A stretch of 64,000 nt of DNA from Scyliorhinus canicula. Taxonomy: Eukaryota. The stretch covers positions 10,782,514-10,846,513 of the forward strand of contig NC_052174.1 in the NCBI RefSeq assembly GCF_902713615.1, written 5' to 3'. Under the pieces are notes generated by a model. It did no database searches. It saw only the letters and a program-made list of their open reading frames with translations, and had not been told where the DNA came from. Made by a program: the position numbers and the translations under genes. Positions 13,215 through 25,589 of this stretch are shown piece by piece. Positions within the stretch are counted from its first letter, which is position 1; the number at the start of each line of letters is the position of its first letter.

Positions 13215-13922
13215 CGGTTTCTTCCCACAGCCCAAAGATGTGCAGATTAGGTGGATTGACCGTGCTAAAATTGCCCCTTCGTGTCCAAAGATGTACACGT
13301 TCGGTGGATTGGCCATGCTAAAATTGCCCCTTAGTGTCCAAAGAGGGGCTTTAGGTTTGGGCTGGTTTAGCACACTGAGCTAAATCGCTGGCTTTTAAAG
13401 CAGACCAAGCAGGCCAGCAGCACGGTTTGATTCCCGTACCAGCCTCCCCGAACAGGCGCCGGAATATGACGACTAGGGGCTTTTCACAGTAACTTCGTTG
13501 AAGCCTACTCGTGACAATAAGCGATTTTCATTTTCATTTCAAGATGTACAGGTTAGGTGGATTGGCCGTGCTAAAATTGCCCCTTAGTGTCCAAAGATGT
13601 TTAGGTCAGGTGGATTAGCCATGCTAAAATTGCCCCTTAGTGTCCAAAGATGTGAAGTTTAATTGGGTTGGCTGTGCTAAATTGCCCTTGTGTCCAAAGA
13701 TGTACAGGTTAGGTGGATTGGCTGTGCTAAAATTGCCCCTTAGAGTGTCCAAAGATGAGCAGGTTAGGTAGAATGGCGAAGATCAATGTCGTGGGGGGGG
13801 GGGGGGGGGGGGGGTTGTGGGGATAGGGCGAGGGAGTGGGCCTAGGTTGGGTGCTCTTTCAGAGGGTTGATGCAGCATTGATGGGCTGAATGACCTCCTT
13901 CTGCACTGTAGGGGTTCTATGA
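13215..13922 (+). repeat. HE1 SINE with an internal ~53-bp tandem amplification (about 6-7 units), interrupted by a short SINE
   Basis: Unit aaagatgtgcaggttaggtggattggccatgctaaaattgccccttagtgtcc. Confidence 0.85.
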
Positions 13923-14623
13923 AGTGGAAACATCGAAGTCCACTCTGTCGCGTCCCTTCACAAGACCTCAATTACTTCGCCCCGGCATATTGTGGTTCGC
14001 CGCTCTGCCCGAGAAATACCTGAGATCTGACCTCTCCTCCCCTGCCTTTCTTCATCCGTGCCGCCCCAGTTTCGGGGGGGGGGGGGGGGGGGGGGGGGGG
14101 TTCGACTAGGGTTGCTGGTGGAGTTGGAGCTGGGTGGCATGGGCAAGTGTGAGCGTGAATATGTGAGTGGTGTTCGTGAGTTACCGTGGGCAGGATTCTC
14201 CGGCCTTGTCCACGATGGGACCCGCCGCGAGCGAGGGCAGAGAATTTTGATCACCGTGTTTCCATGTGGCACAGTATTGGGATTAAGGCAGGCAAACCAG
14301 ACATACTAAATTCACTGCAGAACAACATTGGGGTCAAGTCAAGAGGTGGCTGATTTTAACTTTCCCTCAATCTCCCCCTCAGCAACCGTCTACTATTATG
14401 GGATGGGGAATCTACCCTGACGTGTTTTCTTTGAATAACAAGGGAGAAGAGAGAATCCTGCATTACCAGAGAAAAGTTGTGAAAAAGGAAAAGTGAAAGA
14501 TAGTCACAACCTGGCAGTGATGATTAATTAGTGTCATCATTGTGGGTTTTAAAAGTTGATAATCCTCAGTGGGCAGTCAAGGTTTATCACTGGTTCTGGG
14601 GCATGTATCACTCTATTGTGTAC

Positions 14624-15238
14624 TCAGCCATCCCAGTATGTCGCCCCTTTCTCAAGCCCCATTTCATTGATACAGAATTCCCGCATCTGTGGGGACAGTG
14701 ATAGATTTACAGACTGTCTTGTGATGGAGGCAGGCTTCGTAGCTGAGCAAGGAAGACACTGGTTTAGACGAGCAGCATGGTCGGCGCAGGCTTGGAGGGC
14801 CGCAGGGCCTGTCCTGTGCTGTACCTTTCTTTGTTCTTTGTTGACACTTTTCACGGCTGATGAACCACCCCCAGACATTGCGAACATGAAAATGTGGTTC
14901 CCCATGGGATCTCTGTAGGGAGCTGTGCCCAAACTCACAAAAAGTTGGTTCCCCTTTCGATCTGCTCTCCAGACGATATCTCGCTTCAGTAAAATATCCA
15001 GGTTACTCTCCAGCAGTTTAATCATGGATCCTTTCTGTATGATACTCCCACCCGGCAGCAACGTGTCGAATATGGTTCTGTTCAGGAATATCGACCGTAC
15101 GTCCGCTGGCTGGAGAGGAATCAGTTCGTAACATTCATCCTCACTTTTCTTCATATTACTGATCGCCGTGCTTGTCAAAGTGGGGACATTAATTGATGGA
15201 AATCGTAGAGAACTCCACAGCTATAGATGAAATGTATC
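14624..15238 (-). pseudogene. NAT16: Orphan NAT16/HISAT-like terminal exon, disabled
   Basis: Peptide LLPGGSIIQ..LESNLDILLKRDIVWRAD..VSLGTAPY..EFCINEMGLE resembles the NAT16 C-terminal domain. tacag acceptor precedes 15238; in-frame TAG at 15223-15221; 88-nt retro insertion; 16-nt deletion relative to the + copy. Confidence 0.85.
14761..14842 (+). mobile_element. Severely 5'-truncated CR1/HE1 3' tail inside the NAT16-like pseudoexon
   Basis: gagggccgcagggcctgtcctgtgctgtac plus (ttctttg)n tail; TSD GACACT at 14755-14760 and 14843-14848. Confidence 0.85.
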
Positions 15239-15883
15239 CTGTACTAATTGCATGTTATTGGGGGTGGGCACTAATTAGGGATCCACTTTTGATTCTGGAA
15301 ATAGAAACAGTTTGAAATGTAATTGGTTGGTGAAAATGTGTACCTCTGTAAATAAACACTTCTAAAAGGGTGTAAATATGGGCTCCAGTTGTATCTTTCA
15401 CCACATGGCTTCCTGGAGTAGAACATCAAGAGAAGTACTGATGGTGGGATGAGAAACAAAAATTAAATATTGATGAAGTGTTGACTGAAAATGATGCTTT
15501 AAGAATCTCTCGCTGTCTCCTTCCTGTAAAATTTTAATTTCTGATAGTTTTTTGTGTCACAGAAATAGTTTACCATGTTACCGTGGCCCAGGCCAATTCA
15601 GTATGCGAAATCGGGGGGTTCCCAAAATAGAATCCAGCATCCGCGGGGGTCCTCGAAGGATTTTCAGAGAGTTTGTGAAACTGGCGGCCCCCACGTGACC
15701 AGTAAACGCCGGGTTCAAACACACAAAACTTTAAAAGTATTAGAGAAATCAAATGGGTCAATCAGAGAAAGGCCTCTCAGAACACCGGATGCTGATAGGC
15801 TGACAAATCAACCAATAAGGCACTTATTCCATCTCACTGTTTCTCGGCAGTATAGCTCGTCGCCAACAGCGAGGCCGAGGTGA

Positions 15884-16215
15884 GGCGGTACGGTAGCAGA
15901 TAGGTTACCACTGTTGCTTCACAGCTCCAGGGTCCCAGGTTCGATTGCTGGCTTGGGTCACTATCTGTGTGGAGTCTGCACGTTCTCCCCGTGTCTGCGT
16001 GGGTTTCCTTCGTGTGCTGCGGTTTCCTCCCACAGTCCAAAGATGATTGGTTAGGTGATTGATAAATTGCTCTCAATGTCCAAAAAGGATAGGGTTACTG
16101 GGTTACAGGGATAGGGTGGAGTTGTGGGCTTAAGTGTGGTGATCTTTCGAAGGGACGGTGCAGACTCAATGGGCCGAATGGCCTCCTTCAAATGGCACTT
16201 TAAATTCTATGATTA
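15884..16215 (+). mobile_element. HE1-type V-SINE
   Basis: Head/V-domain/tail pattern. Confidence 0.85.
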
Positions 16216-18084
16216 TGACTATGGTTCTATGAATCGGCCAGACGATGGGCGGTGGCAAAGGGAGGCTGCACATGGCCTACGTGTTGTAGTGGCGGGGGTG
16301 GGAAGGCCTTGGAAAAGGATGGGGGGGGGGGGAGGGGGCGGTGGTAGCCAGAGCTCTGGGAAGAAGTGGGTGGGAAGAGGGAGTTTGAGCATCGGAAAGG
16401 AGCAGGGTATGGGATTTGGGCCTCTGAGAGAGGCGAGTGTGCGTGTGTTTGTGTATGAGAGAGAGAGGTATGTGTTTGTGTGTGTTACCATCCCAGTTGA
16501 TGTTAGAACTGGACGGGAAGATCCCAGAATGGAACACTGGCTCAGGAATTTGTCATTTAAAACATTGGGCAGGAGTTTCTGCGCGGGAGGCAGAGATAGC
16601 TCAGATTTACCTGGCGCAGGACCTTCTGATCCCCCTGCTATCAAATGGGGTTTCCAGATGAATAGACCCCTCATTGCTAGGGAACCTGGGCCGGGATAGA
16701 TTATCGGCGAGACCAGAAAGTCCCGCTGGCATGAATGGCTGGAAAATTCCGACCATTTTTCTACTAAAATGTAGAAATTGTCTTGGCTTGAGTTGGTCCC
16801 TGACAGGGTAAGGGAATGAGCGAACTGGACTAGTATCAGCTCACACATCGCTGCAAATCACTACGAGCTCCATTTCACAATTTATCCAGCAGGAATAAAT
16901 CATTTATTAAGTCACCAGAAGAGCAATTTTCACCAGTTGGTGCGGAGTGTTTCCACCTCGAGAGAAAGATCCCGAACTTTGGAAAATCTTTAATCGAATA
17001 ACCCCCCCAGAAACAAGATTTACATACCAAGCTGCAGAGAAAAAAAGTTGGTTTGCAGGTGCAGCAGGAAATTAAGAAGGCAAGTAGAATTTGAGGGATG
17101 AAGTTTTAAAACAGGGAGGTCATGTTGCAGCTGTATAGGGTGCTGGTGAGGTCGCAACTGGAGTACTGTGTACAGTCCTGGCTGCCGTACTCGAGTAAGG
17201 ACGTACTGACACTGGAGGGTGTGCAGAGGAGATTCACTAGGTTGATTGCAGAGTTGAGAGGATTGGCTGATGAGGAGAGACCTGAAATTGAAAGCTAATT
17301 CCAGTAATGGTGGCCATGAGGCTATTATCGACTGTCATAAAAATCCATTTGGTTCACTAATTTATTTTGGGTAAGGAAATCTGCCACCCTGACATGGTCT
17401 GGCCTACATGTCAGTGCAGACCCACAGCATCACGGTTCAATGTTAACCTCCCTCTTAAATGATCAACCAAGTCGCTCACATATACCAAAGTGCCACAGAG
17501 ATGCGGAAGTGACTGCAGCGGCTCCTCCCTACTTTCTCAACGGCAATTAGGAATGGAATGTTGATGCTGGACTTGCTAGTGATGCCCACATCCCCTGAAA
17601 GAATGAAACAAAATAATTGGAGGCAGTCAGAATGACCAAGGGGGATATGCTATGTGGGTCGGACAGTGGCACAATGGTTAGCACTGCTGCCTCTCAGCGT
17701 CAGGGACCCGGGTTCAATTCCGACCTTGGATGACTGTCTGTATGTAGGTTAGGGGGATTGGCTGTGCTAAAATTGGTTCTTGGGTGTCCAAAGATGTGTA
17801 GGTTGGGTGGGGCAACAGGGATAGGGTGGAGGCCTTGGTAGGGAGCTCTTTCAGAGGGCCGGTGCAGACTTGATGGGCCGAATAGACTCCTTCTGCACTG
17901 CAGATGGGCTATATGCTTCTCTGATCTCGCCTGTTCCTGCCCCGCAACAAGTGAGATCGGAGAACGTGGCGTCCCAGCCAAACGTCCATTCACATCCAAT
18001 GGGACCGAAGAATCTCACTCGAGCGAGGTCGGAGAATCCCTGCCAAGGAACGCCTCAACCTGCCAGCTGGCTTTTCCAGATTAG

Positions 18085-18716
18085 AAACGGCCAAGTCTCC
18101 AGCAAGGGGCAGGCAAGTTGGTGGAGTCCAAAGTAGGGATGGTACATACCACGTCGTCAACTCCTTCCATGGCCCCTGATGATTTAACTTGAGAAGGTTT
18201 AGGTCCGAACACCACCGACTCGGCAAGTAGTGTACTGGTAGCTGAGATTGGGCCTAGCCGCCCCTTTGCGGGAATGACAAATTCTCTCCTTCTCAAATGA
18301 TCAACATGTATTATAGCTTGACGGCCATGTCGGTCTATGACATAGGATACTGGCCTAGTCACTGCAATGACTCTCCTGGGTAACCATTCTGGTCCTCCAT
18401 CAAAGTTCCGTACACTTACTAAATCTTCTGTTTGAAATGAACTGCCTCTCTTGGCTGTATCGCGGTGGCCTATTTGTGAGGCCTCCCTCCTCCCGACAAA
18501 TTTGTGAAAATGTGGTCAAATCTGGTCCTGAGGCACCTCTCCATTAACAACTCAGTTGGGGTGACCCCTGTGGTGGTGTGCGGGGTTGAATTGTATAAAG
18601 CAGAAGTGCGTGATTGGCTTGTTTCTTCATTGACGCTTTGAGAGTTTGGACAGCTCATTCGGCCAGCCCGTTTGGCGTGGGTTGGTTGGTCCTTATATGC
18701 TGGATCCCATTGGACT
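18085..18716 (-). mobile_element. Gypsy integrase C-terminal remnant
   Basis: YNSTPHTTTGVTPTELLMERCLRTRFD and RPVSYVI...HVDHLR (GPY/F-like region). Confidence 0.8.
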
Positions 18717-19935
18717 TATCAGAGTTGAAAAGTGCGGTTGATATTCATGTTACTATTTGGTGACCTATAGACTACGCCTATCAGGGAGTTTTTCACCTTA
18801 CTATTCCTAATTTCCACCCAAATGTATTCAACCTGATCCTCCATAGCACTGATGCCATCCCTCACTATTGCCCGGATGTCATCCTTAAATAACAGAGCTA
18901 CCCCACCTCCCTTACCATCCACTCTGTCCTTCCATAGTTTGATACCCTTGGATATTTAACTCCCAGTTGTGACCATCCTTTAACCATGTTTCAGTAATGG
19001 CCACTAAATCATAGTCATTCACGATGATTTGCGCCATCAACTCATTTACCTTATTCCGAATACAGCATTCAGGTGAAGTACACTTATGTTGCCTTTTATA
19101 CCTCTGTTTTGAATCTTAACACCTTGATCAGTAACCTCTCCTAAGTTATTTTTCCTCTTAACTTTTCTCCTAATTTTCCTTGTCGTTGAACCCATATCTT
19201 CATGTAACAGCCTGTCACGTCGCTGTCCATTTATGTTTTTACTTTCCGTTTTATTCCTTTTAGTATTACTGGGCCTATTCACTGAGCTCCCCTCAGTCCC
19301 TGTTCCTTGTATTGTCGCTCTTTTTAATTTTTGACTTCTCTGCCTTACAGTTTCGCCCTTACTGGCTTTTGTTTCTGTCCCTGTTTTACTACCTTCCGAC
19401 TTCCTGCATTGGTTCCCATCCCCCTGCCACATTAGTTTAAACCTTCCCCAACCTCTCTAGCAAATAGCCCCCCAGGACATCAGTTCCAGTCCTGCCCAGG
19501 TGTAACCCGTCCAGTTTGTACAGGTCCCACCAGCCCCAGAACTGGTCCCAATGCCCCAGGAATCTGAAACCCTCCCCCTGACCCCATCCCTTCAGCCATG
19601 TATTCATCCTAAATATCCAGTCATTTCTACTCTGACTAGCACATGGCACCGGTAGTAATCCTGAGATCACTACCTTCAAGGTCCGATTTCTTAATTTCCT
19701 TCCTAGCTCCCTGTATTCTGCTTTTAGGATGACATCCTTTTTTTTACCTGTCGTTTGTACCGATGTGTACCACGACCACTAGCTGTTCACCATCCCCCTC
19801 CAGAATGTCCTGTACCCGCTCCGAAACATCCTTGACCCTAGCACCAGGGAGGCAACATACCATCCTGGAGTCTTGTTTGTGACCTGTCTATTCCCCTCAC
19901 AATTGAATCCCCTATAACTTTCATTCCCAGTCCCT
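18717..19935 (-). mobile_element. CR1 5' portion (ORF1 esterase domain and ORF2 APE endonuclease start)
   Basis: IGDSIVRG and DGLHL (SGNH esterase) motifs; GGGVALLFK..IWVEIR..GVVYRSP. Confidence 0.88.
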
Positions 19936-19939
19936 GATT

Positions 19940-20666
19940 TCTCTTCAAGTTCCATCGATAAATGTTCCCACTCTGATAAGTGAGGTGATCAGTAACATGA
20001 AGAAACGTGGGGATGAATATTACGAACCGATTCCTCTCCAGCCAGGCCATGTGCAATCGATATTCCTGAACCGACCCGTGATCGACACGTTGCTGTCGGG
20101 AGAATCATTCTGAATGGAGCCATGTTCAAACCGCTGGAGAGTAACCTGGATATTTTACTGAAGCGAGATATCGTCTGGAGAGCAGATCGAGAGGGGAACA
20201 CACGGGCTGTGAGTTTGGGCACAGCTCCCTACAGAGATCCCATGGGGAACCGTGTTTTTGTGATCGACATGTTTGGAGAAGATTTATTAGCTGTGTAAAG
20301 TGTCTTCCTCTCTCAGCTGCAAAGCCTGCCTCCTTCACAAGACAATGTAATCTGTCTCCTGTCTGTAGGAGCTGGTTTAGCACACTGGGCTAAATGGCTG
20401 GCTTTGAAAGCAGACCAAGGCAGGCCAGCAGCATGGTTCAATTCCTGTACCAGGCGCTGGAATGTGGCGACTAGGGGATTTTTACAGTAACGTTATTTGA
20501 AGCCTACTTGTGACAATAAGCGATTCTCGTTCATTCAAAACCATCACTGTCCCCACAGATGTGTGAATTCTGTATCAATGAAATGGGGCTTGAGAAAGGA
20601 GAGACATACTTGAAGGATCGCTACATCGCAGAGGGGGAAATATCTATAATTATGGCTAAATTATAA
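19940..20666 (+). pseudogene. NAT16: Second orphan NAT16/HISAT-like terminal exon, disabled
   Basis: Clear homolog of 14624-15238 in opposite orientation; ends YIAEGEI...*. The 5' end is cut by a CR1; there is a frameshift near 20097, TAA at 20296-20298 and a SINE insertion at 20368-20536. Confidence 0.88.
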
Positions 20667-20683
20667 TCAGACCAAGCACAGAA

Positions 20684-21025
20684 GGGCAGCACGGTAGCAT
20701 GATGGTTAGCATAAATGCGTCACAGCTCCAGGGTCCCAGGTTCGATTCCCGGCTGGGTCACTGTCTGTGTGGAGTCTGCACGTCCTCCCCCTGTGTGCGT
20801 GGGTTTCCTCCGGGTGCTCCGGTTTCCTCCCACAGTCCAAAGATGTGCGGGTTAGGTGGATTGGCCATGATAAATTGCCCGTAGTGTCCTAATAAAAGTA
20901 AGGTTAAGGGGGGGCTATTGGGTTACGGGTATAGGGTGGATATGTGGGTTTGAGTAGGGTGATCATGGCTCGGCACAACATTGAGGGCCGAAGGGCCTGT
21001 TCTGTGCTGTACTGTTCTATGTTCT
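20684..21025 (+). mobile_element. HE1-type V-SINE (young)
   Basis: Near-identical to 27073-27408(-) and 61648-61985. Confidence 0.9.
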
Positions 21026-22149
21026 AGAACCTGAATGATTTTCCCCCTCCCCCCGCATGCTCGAGACAATGGGGCCCCCTCCTCTAATTCTACTCTGCAA
21101 TCTCAGAGCTCTGCGACCATCTTACTCCAATCAGTCATTCTGACCATGTGATTGTAGGGCGGGACGGTGGGGCAGTGGTTAGCAGTGCTGCCTCTCGGCG
21201 CCAAGGGCCCGGGTGAAGTGGAGGTTTAGCGATGCTACCTCTTACCAGCCTCCCCGGACAGGCGCCGGAATGTGGCGACTAGGGGCTTTTCACAGTAACT
21301 TCATTGAAGCCTACTCGTGACAATAAGCGATTTTCATTTCATAAAAGTCAATAGTTAGCATGCCACTCGACTTCTATTGTTGCAAGTAGGCTTCAAAGGA
21401 AGTTACTGTGAAAAACACCTAGTCGCCACATCCGGCGCCTGTTCGGGGAGGCTGGTACGGGAAGTTACTTTATTAAGGATTGAGATGAATTACACGACTG
21501 AGTAGTCATTATTAACCATTAAACATGTATTTTTAGGACATAGCAGTAATAAATAATCAAATGTGATGTAGGATAGCTAACTTGACCAAAAGGACATTAC
21601 TTCTGACAACCTGTCTTTGTGAAACAATTCAGGGCGCTGGTTCTGATCTGTTTCTCACAGTCAGCACAGGCTGCTAGGATTGTACATAACTGTCAGAATG
21701 AGGATTAATCGTGGGTTGCTTGCGATTCTATTGGGTGTAGTTTAAACATTGCTTGCAATTCTATTGGGTGACGTTGAAACACTGCTTGCAATTCTACTGG
21801 ATAAGTTTTAAAGTAGCAGCTTCAGGGATTGGATTGCATCCAACTGGGGTGGGCTATTGATTTTTGAACGTTGTATAAGTACTGTGTTCTGGTCTTTGTA
21901 CGACAGAACAGGTCTTGGCAGATATCCAGTCTGTTCTCCGTGTACATGTAACAAGCATGATTAAATAGCCATCTTCTCCAGGTTGTCATTGTATTTTTTC
22001 CTCTCTGTACTGAGTTGAGCCACAGGGAATAACCCCACGTGGAAACTGACTCAATACACAGGTCTTGAAACCGCTCCTACATCTCTGGGTCACTGTCCGT
22101 GTGCAGTTTGCACATTCTCCCCATGTCTGTGGGGCTGTCACCCCCACAT

Positions 22150-22755
22150 CCAAATTATACAGGGCCTTCATGAGGCCACACCTAAAATATTGTGTGCAGT
22201 TTTGGTCTCCTTCTCGGAGGAAGGATGTTCTTGTTCTCAAGGGAGTGCAGCGAAGGTTTACCAGACTGATTCCAGGGATGGTGGGACTGTCATATGAAGA
22301 GAGATTGACTAGGTTGGGATTGTTCTCGCTGCGGAGGTGGGGGGGAAGGGGGGGGGGGGGGAGGGGGGATCTCATAGAGACTTATAAAATTTTAACGGCA
22401 CGAGACAGGATAGATGCAGGGAAGATGTTACCAATGATGGGTGTCCAGAACCAGGGGTCACAGTCTGAGGATTCAGGGTAACGAATTTCGGACAGATATA
22501 AGATGACATTTTTTCACACAAAGAGTGGTGAGCCTGTGGAATTCATTACCACAGGAAGTAGTTGATGCTAAAACATTGAATATATTCAAGAGGTGGTGAG
22601 AGAGAGCACTTGGGGAGAATGGGATCAAAGGCGATGGAGAGAAAGCAGGATTAGGCTATTGAGTTGGATGTTCATCCATGATTGTGTTGAATGGCGGAGC
22701 AGGCTCGCAGGGCCAAAAAGGCCTGCTCCTGTCTTCTATATATCTATATATGTAT
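22150..22755 (+). mobile_element. CR1 3' fragment
   Basis: [13 protein letters not shown] and [11 protein letters not shown] motifs. Confidence 0.88.
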
Positions 22756-23006
22756 GTATTTGTGCACATTGAACACCTGTTCACAGAGTTACAACCTCCC
22801 CTGGTGCTCTGTCAGATGGGTGTGAGGGATGGACTGGTCTGGGCTGGCCAGAGAGGAAATGTGTCGCACGTTTGAAAGGAACAAGCGAGTTTGGGCCTAT
22901 GGTTCAAAAAACTCTCCATTATTGAGGGTTTTCCTCACCCCGTGTTCTATATCTGAACACATATTGGATCCAATCAGTTTCCAAAGATTTCTCAACAATT
23001 CACCCA

Positions 23007-23322
23007 GGCAGCACAGTGGCAGTTAACACTGCTGCCTCACAGTGCCAGGGACCCGGGTTTGATTCTGCCCTAGGGTGATTGCCTGCGTGCAGTTTGCAGG
23101 TTCTCCCCGTGTCTGTGTATGTTTCCTCCAGGTGCTCCGGTTTCCTCCTATTGTCCAAAGATGTGCAGGTTAGATGGACCAGCCATGCTAAATTGCCCCT
23201 TAAGTGTCCAGGGATGCGCAGGTTAGTTTATGGGGATAGGGTGGGTAGAGTGCTCTTTTCGGAGGGGTCAGTGCAGACTTGAAGGGCCGAATGACCTTCT
23301 TCTGCATTGCAGATGTTCTATG
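23007..23322 (+). mobile_element. HE1-type V-SINE
   Basis: Head/V-domain/tail pattern. Confidence 0.8.
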
Positions 23323-24839
23323 AATTCACCAACACTGTGAGCAAACCAACCTCACTGAAATGTTGTCTCACTCACGAGGGTTCCTAATCGCTCTCCAAAA
23401 ATCATTGCAATTTGGATGGATTCCACAAAGGTCGACTTGACAGAGTTTCAATCTCAGCTTCTGTAATTACTTTTCCCTGTATGTCTGACTGAAACACAAA
23501 TGCACAAGCACAATTTAACTAGTTTTGTCCCACGAATACTGCTCAAAAGGTTTACCTTCGGCAGAACCAACTGCAGCATGGAGCCTCCAACCATTCATGA
23601 TGCCTTCTCTGATCTTCAGGGATTCTTCGGAGCATTCTTTGGTGCTTCTCCTGAGCCCATCTTTTAAAGTCTGCTCCCAGTTATCCTTTTCCTAATTGGA
23701 ATCTATTTCTACAGTCCACTTCCTTAATGGCGTCCCAGTCTCATCCTGTACGGAGGAGTTCCGGCGAGCAGGAAACGAGATTAAGTACGGCTTCGGCCAT
23801 GCGTTTCCTGCTGAGGTCCCCAATTTACCCGAATGGACATTCGATAGCATGGTGTTTCTCAGCACCCCAAGCACTGGGTAACACCCTGCTAAACATCCAC
23901 GCGCTGTGAGACTCTATTCCCATTTGGTTAGATTGCACCCATTACATACCAACCAATCTGATTGAAACTTTGGATGTGATCTAACGGAAAAGTTTCCAAG
24001 TGTCATTTGTGGCAGGTTTTGCTGGGAGTTTCTGTCCGGTCAGCAAGTTCCCCAATGCTGCTGAACCACTTTTATGGGCCCTGGGCAGGTTCTCACTGGG
24101 CTAGTCCATAATCTTATTCACCGGGGAGCTGAACTCACTGGCCAGACCGGCTCTTCAGAGATCGGGCCACCGTTATGACAGGGTGCCTGATCTCTAAGTG
24201 GGCTTAAGGGTGCCTCACACCCATGGGCTATGTCGCCCCTCACACACATGGGCACTACCCCATATCCGCCGCTCCCCTCAAGTGATGATATCCGGCTATG
24301 GGGTCCCCCTTTTCAGGCCTTCCTGCATTCAGGAGTCCTTCCAGAGTCCCGTTCATAGCCTCCCTCAGCCCCCCCCCCCCCCCCCCCCCCCCGGGGATGG
24401 GCACAGTAAGAAGTCTTACAAAACCAGGTTAAAGTCCAACATATTCGTTTCAAAGCTTCACTAGCTTTGGGAGCACTGCTCCTTCCTCAGGTGAATCCAT
24501 GGGGATGGATAGACTCAGGGTTTCACCGTGCCACCTATGGTTGTCGATCGGTGTGTGAACTGGGCTCCAGGCCTGGCACAGAGGGCTCCGGGTCCCGCTT
24601 CACCGACACTGCCCAACTGCGCGTCCGTCGCCCGCTGCCAGCCCGCATGGGGACGGCCAGTTGTCGATCAGTGTGTGAACTGGGCTCCGGGCCTGGCACA
24701 GAGGGCTCCGGGTCCTGCTTCCCTGACTGAAGGAATCGGCCACGCTTTGGTCCCCTCAACTTGAGGCGTGGCTGGTTGGAGCTGTTAGGACGGGTGTGGC
24801 TGCAGAACACAGGAGATAAACAGAACCCAGCAGCCCCCC

Positions 24840-25470
24840 GCCCAATATGGGCTTCCCGCTCCACCCGGCCAACTGCCACTCGCCGATCAGCCAGTCACAG
24901 CGCAGCGCTCCCTCCCGCTCGCGCTTTGACCCTTGGCCTTTTGAAATTGAGCCCCGCCCACAGAGCTCCGGCGTCGATCAGCCAATCGCACCCCCCCCAC
25001 CCCTTTTCTTTCCCGCGCCCTCCCGCTCCAGCCGTTGGCGCTTGAAAGCTCGCGCGTCGCCGGCCCGCCAATCACAGCGCTCGCTGGCCGAACCACCAAT
25101 CGCAGCCCTCGTCGATCAGCCAATTACGATCCCGGCCGTCCATCCAATCACAGGTCCCGCTGATCAGCCAATCACAGCGCTCGCCGATCAGAGCCAATCA
25201 CAGCTCCCGCCGTGCAGCCAATCACAGCACCCGTGTGCTCCCGCTCGCGCTTCAGCTGTTGGCGTTTGAAAGCCATTGGCGCTCGCGCGTCGCCGATCCG
25301 CCAATCACAGCGCCGCTTTCCTTCCCCCTCCCCCCGCCTCTCGCGCGCTTTCTCTTTGCCGTTGACGGTTTTTCCCCCTCTTGTGGCTCAGTTGCTGCCC
25401 TCCGTCTTCTCACTCGCTGGGCGGAGCAGAGTATCCCTCCCCCATATTCGCACTGCCCTCAAACGCCGTC
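24840..25470. promoter_or_regulatory. CpG-rich island with about 10 co-oriented CCAAT boxes
   Basis: High CpG density; repeated gatcagCCAATcacagc units matching the NF-Y consensus. Confidence 0.55.
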
Positions 25471-25589
25471 TGGATCAGCTAAATGAAGATGATGGAGAGA
25501 CAACTTGGAAAAGCTGAACCTGGAACTGTTGAGGGGAATAGGGGAGACGCCCCTCACTAACAATCAGAAATAATTGACAAAATGAACCA

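Noticed and set aside
16124-16848. 191-aa and 209-aa overlapping ORFs
   Set aside because: Low-complexity, repeat-derived sequence with no recognisable domain.
20684-20760. tRNA-like sequences (also at 7262-7325 and 7468-7550)
   Set aside because: SINE heads that continue into SINE bodies; no convincing cloverleaf or terminator.
20699-20884. Recurrent small ORF (...GHCLCGVCTSSPCVRGFPPGAPVSSHSPKMC...)
   Set aside because: Translation of the HE1 SINE, not a gene family.
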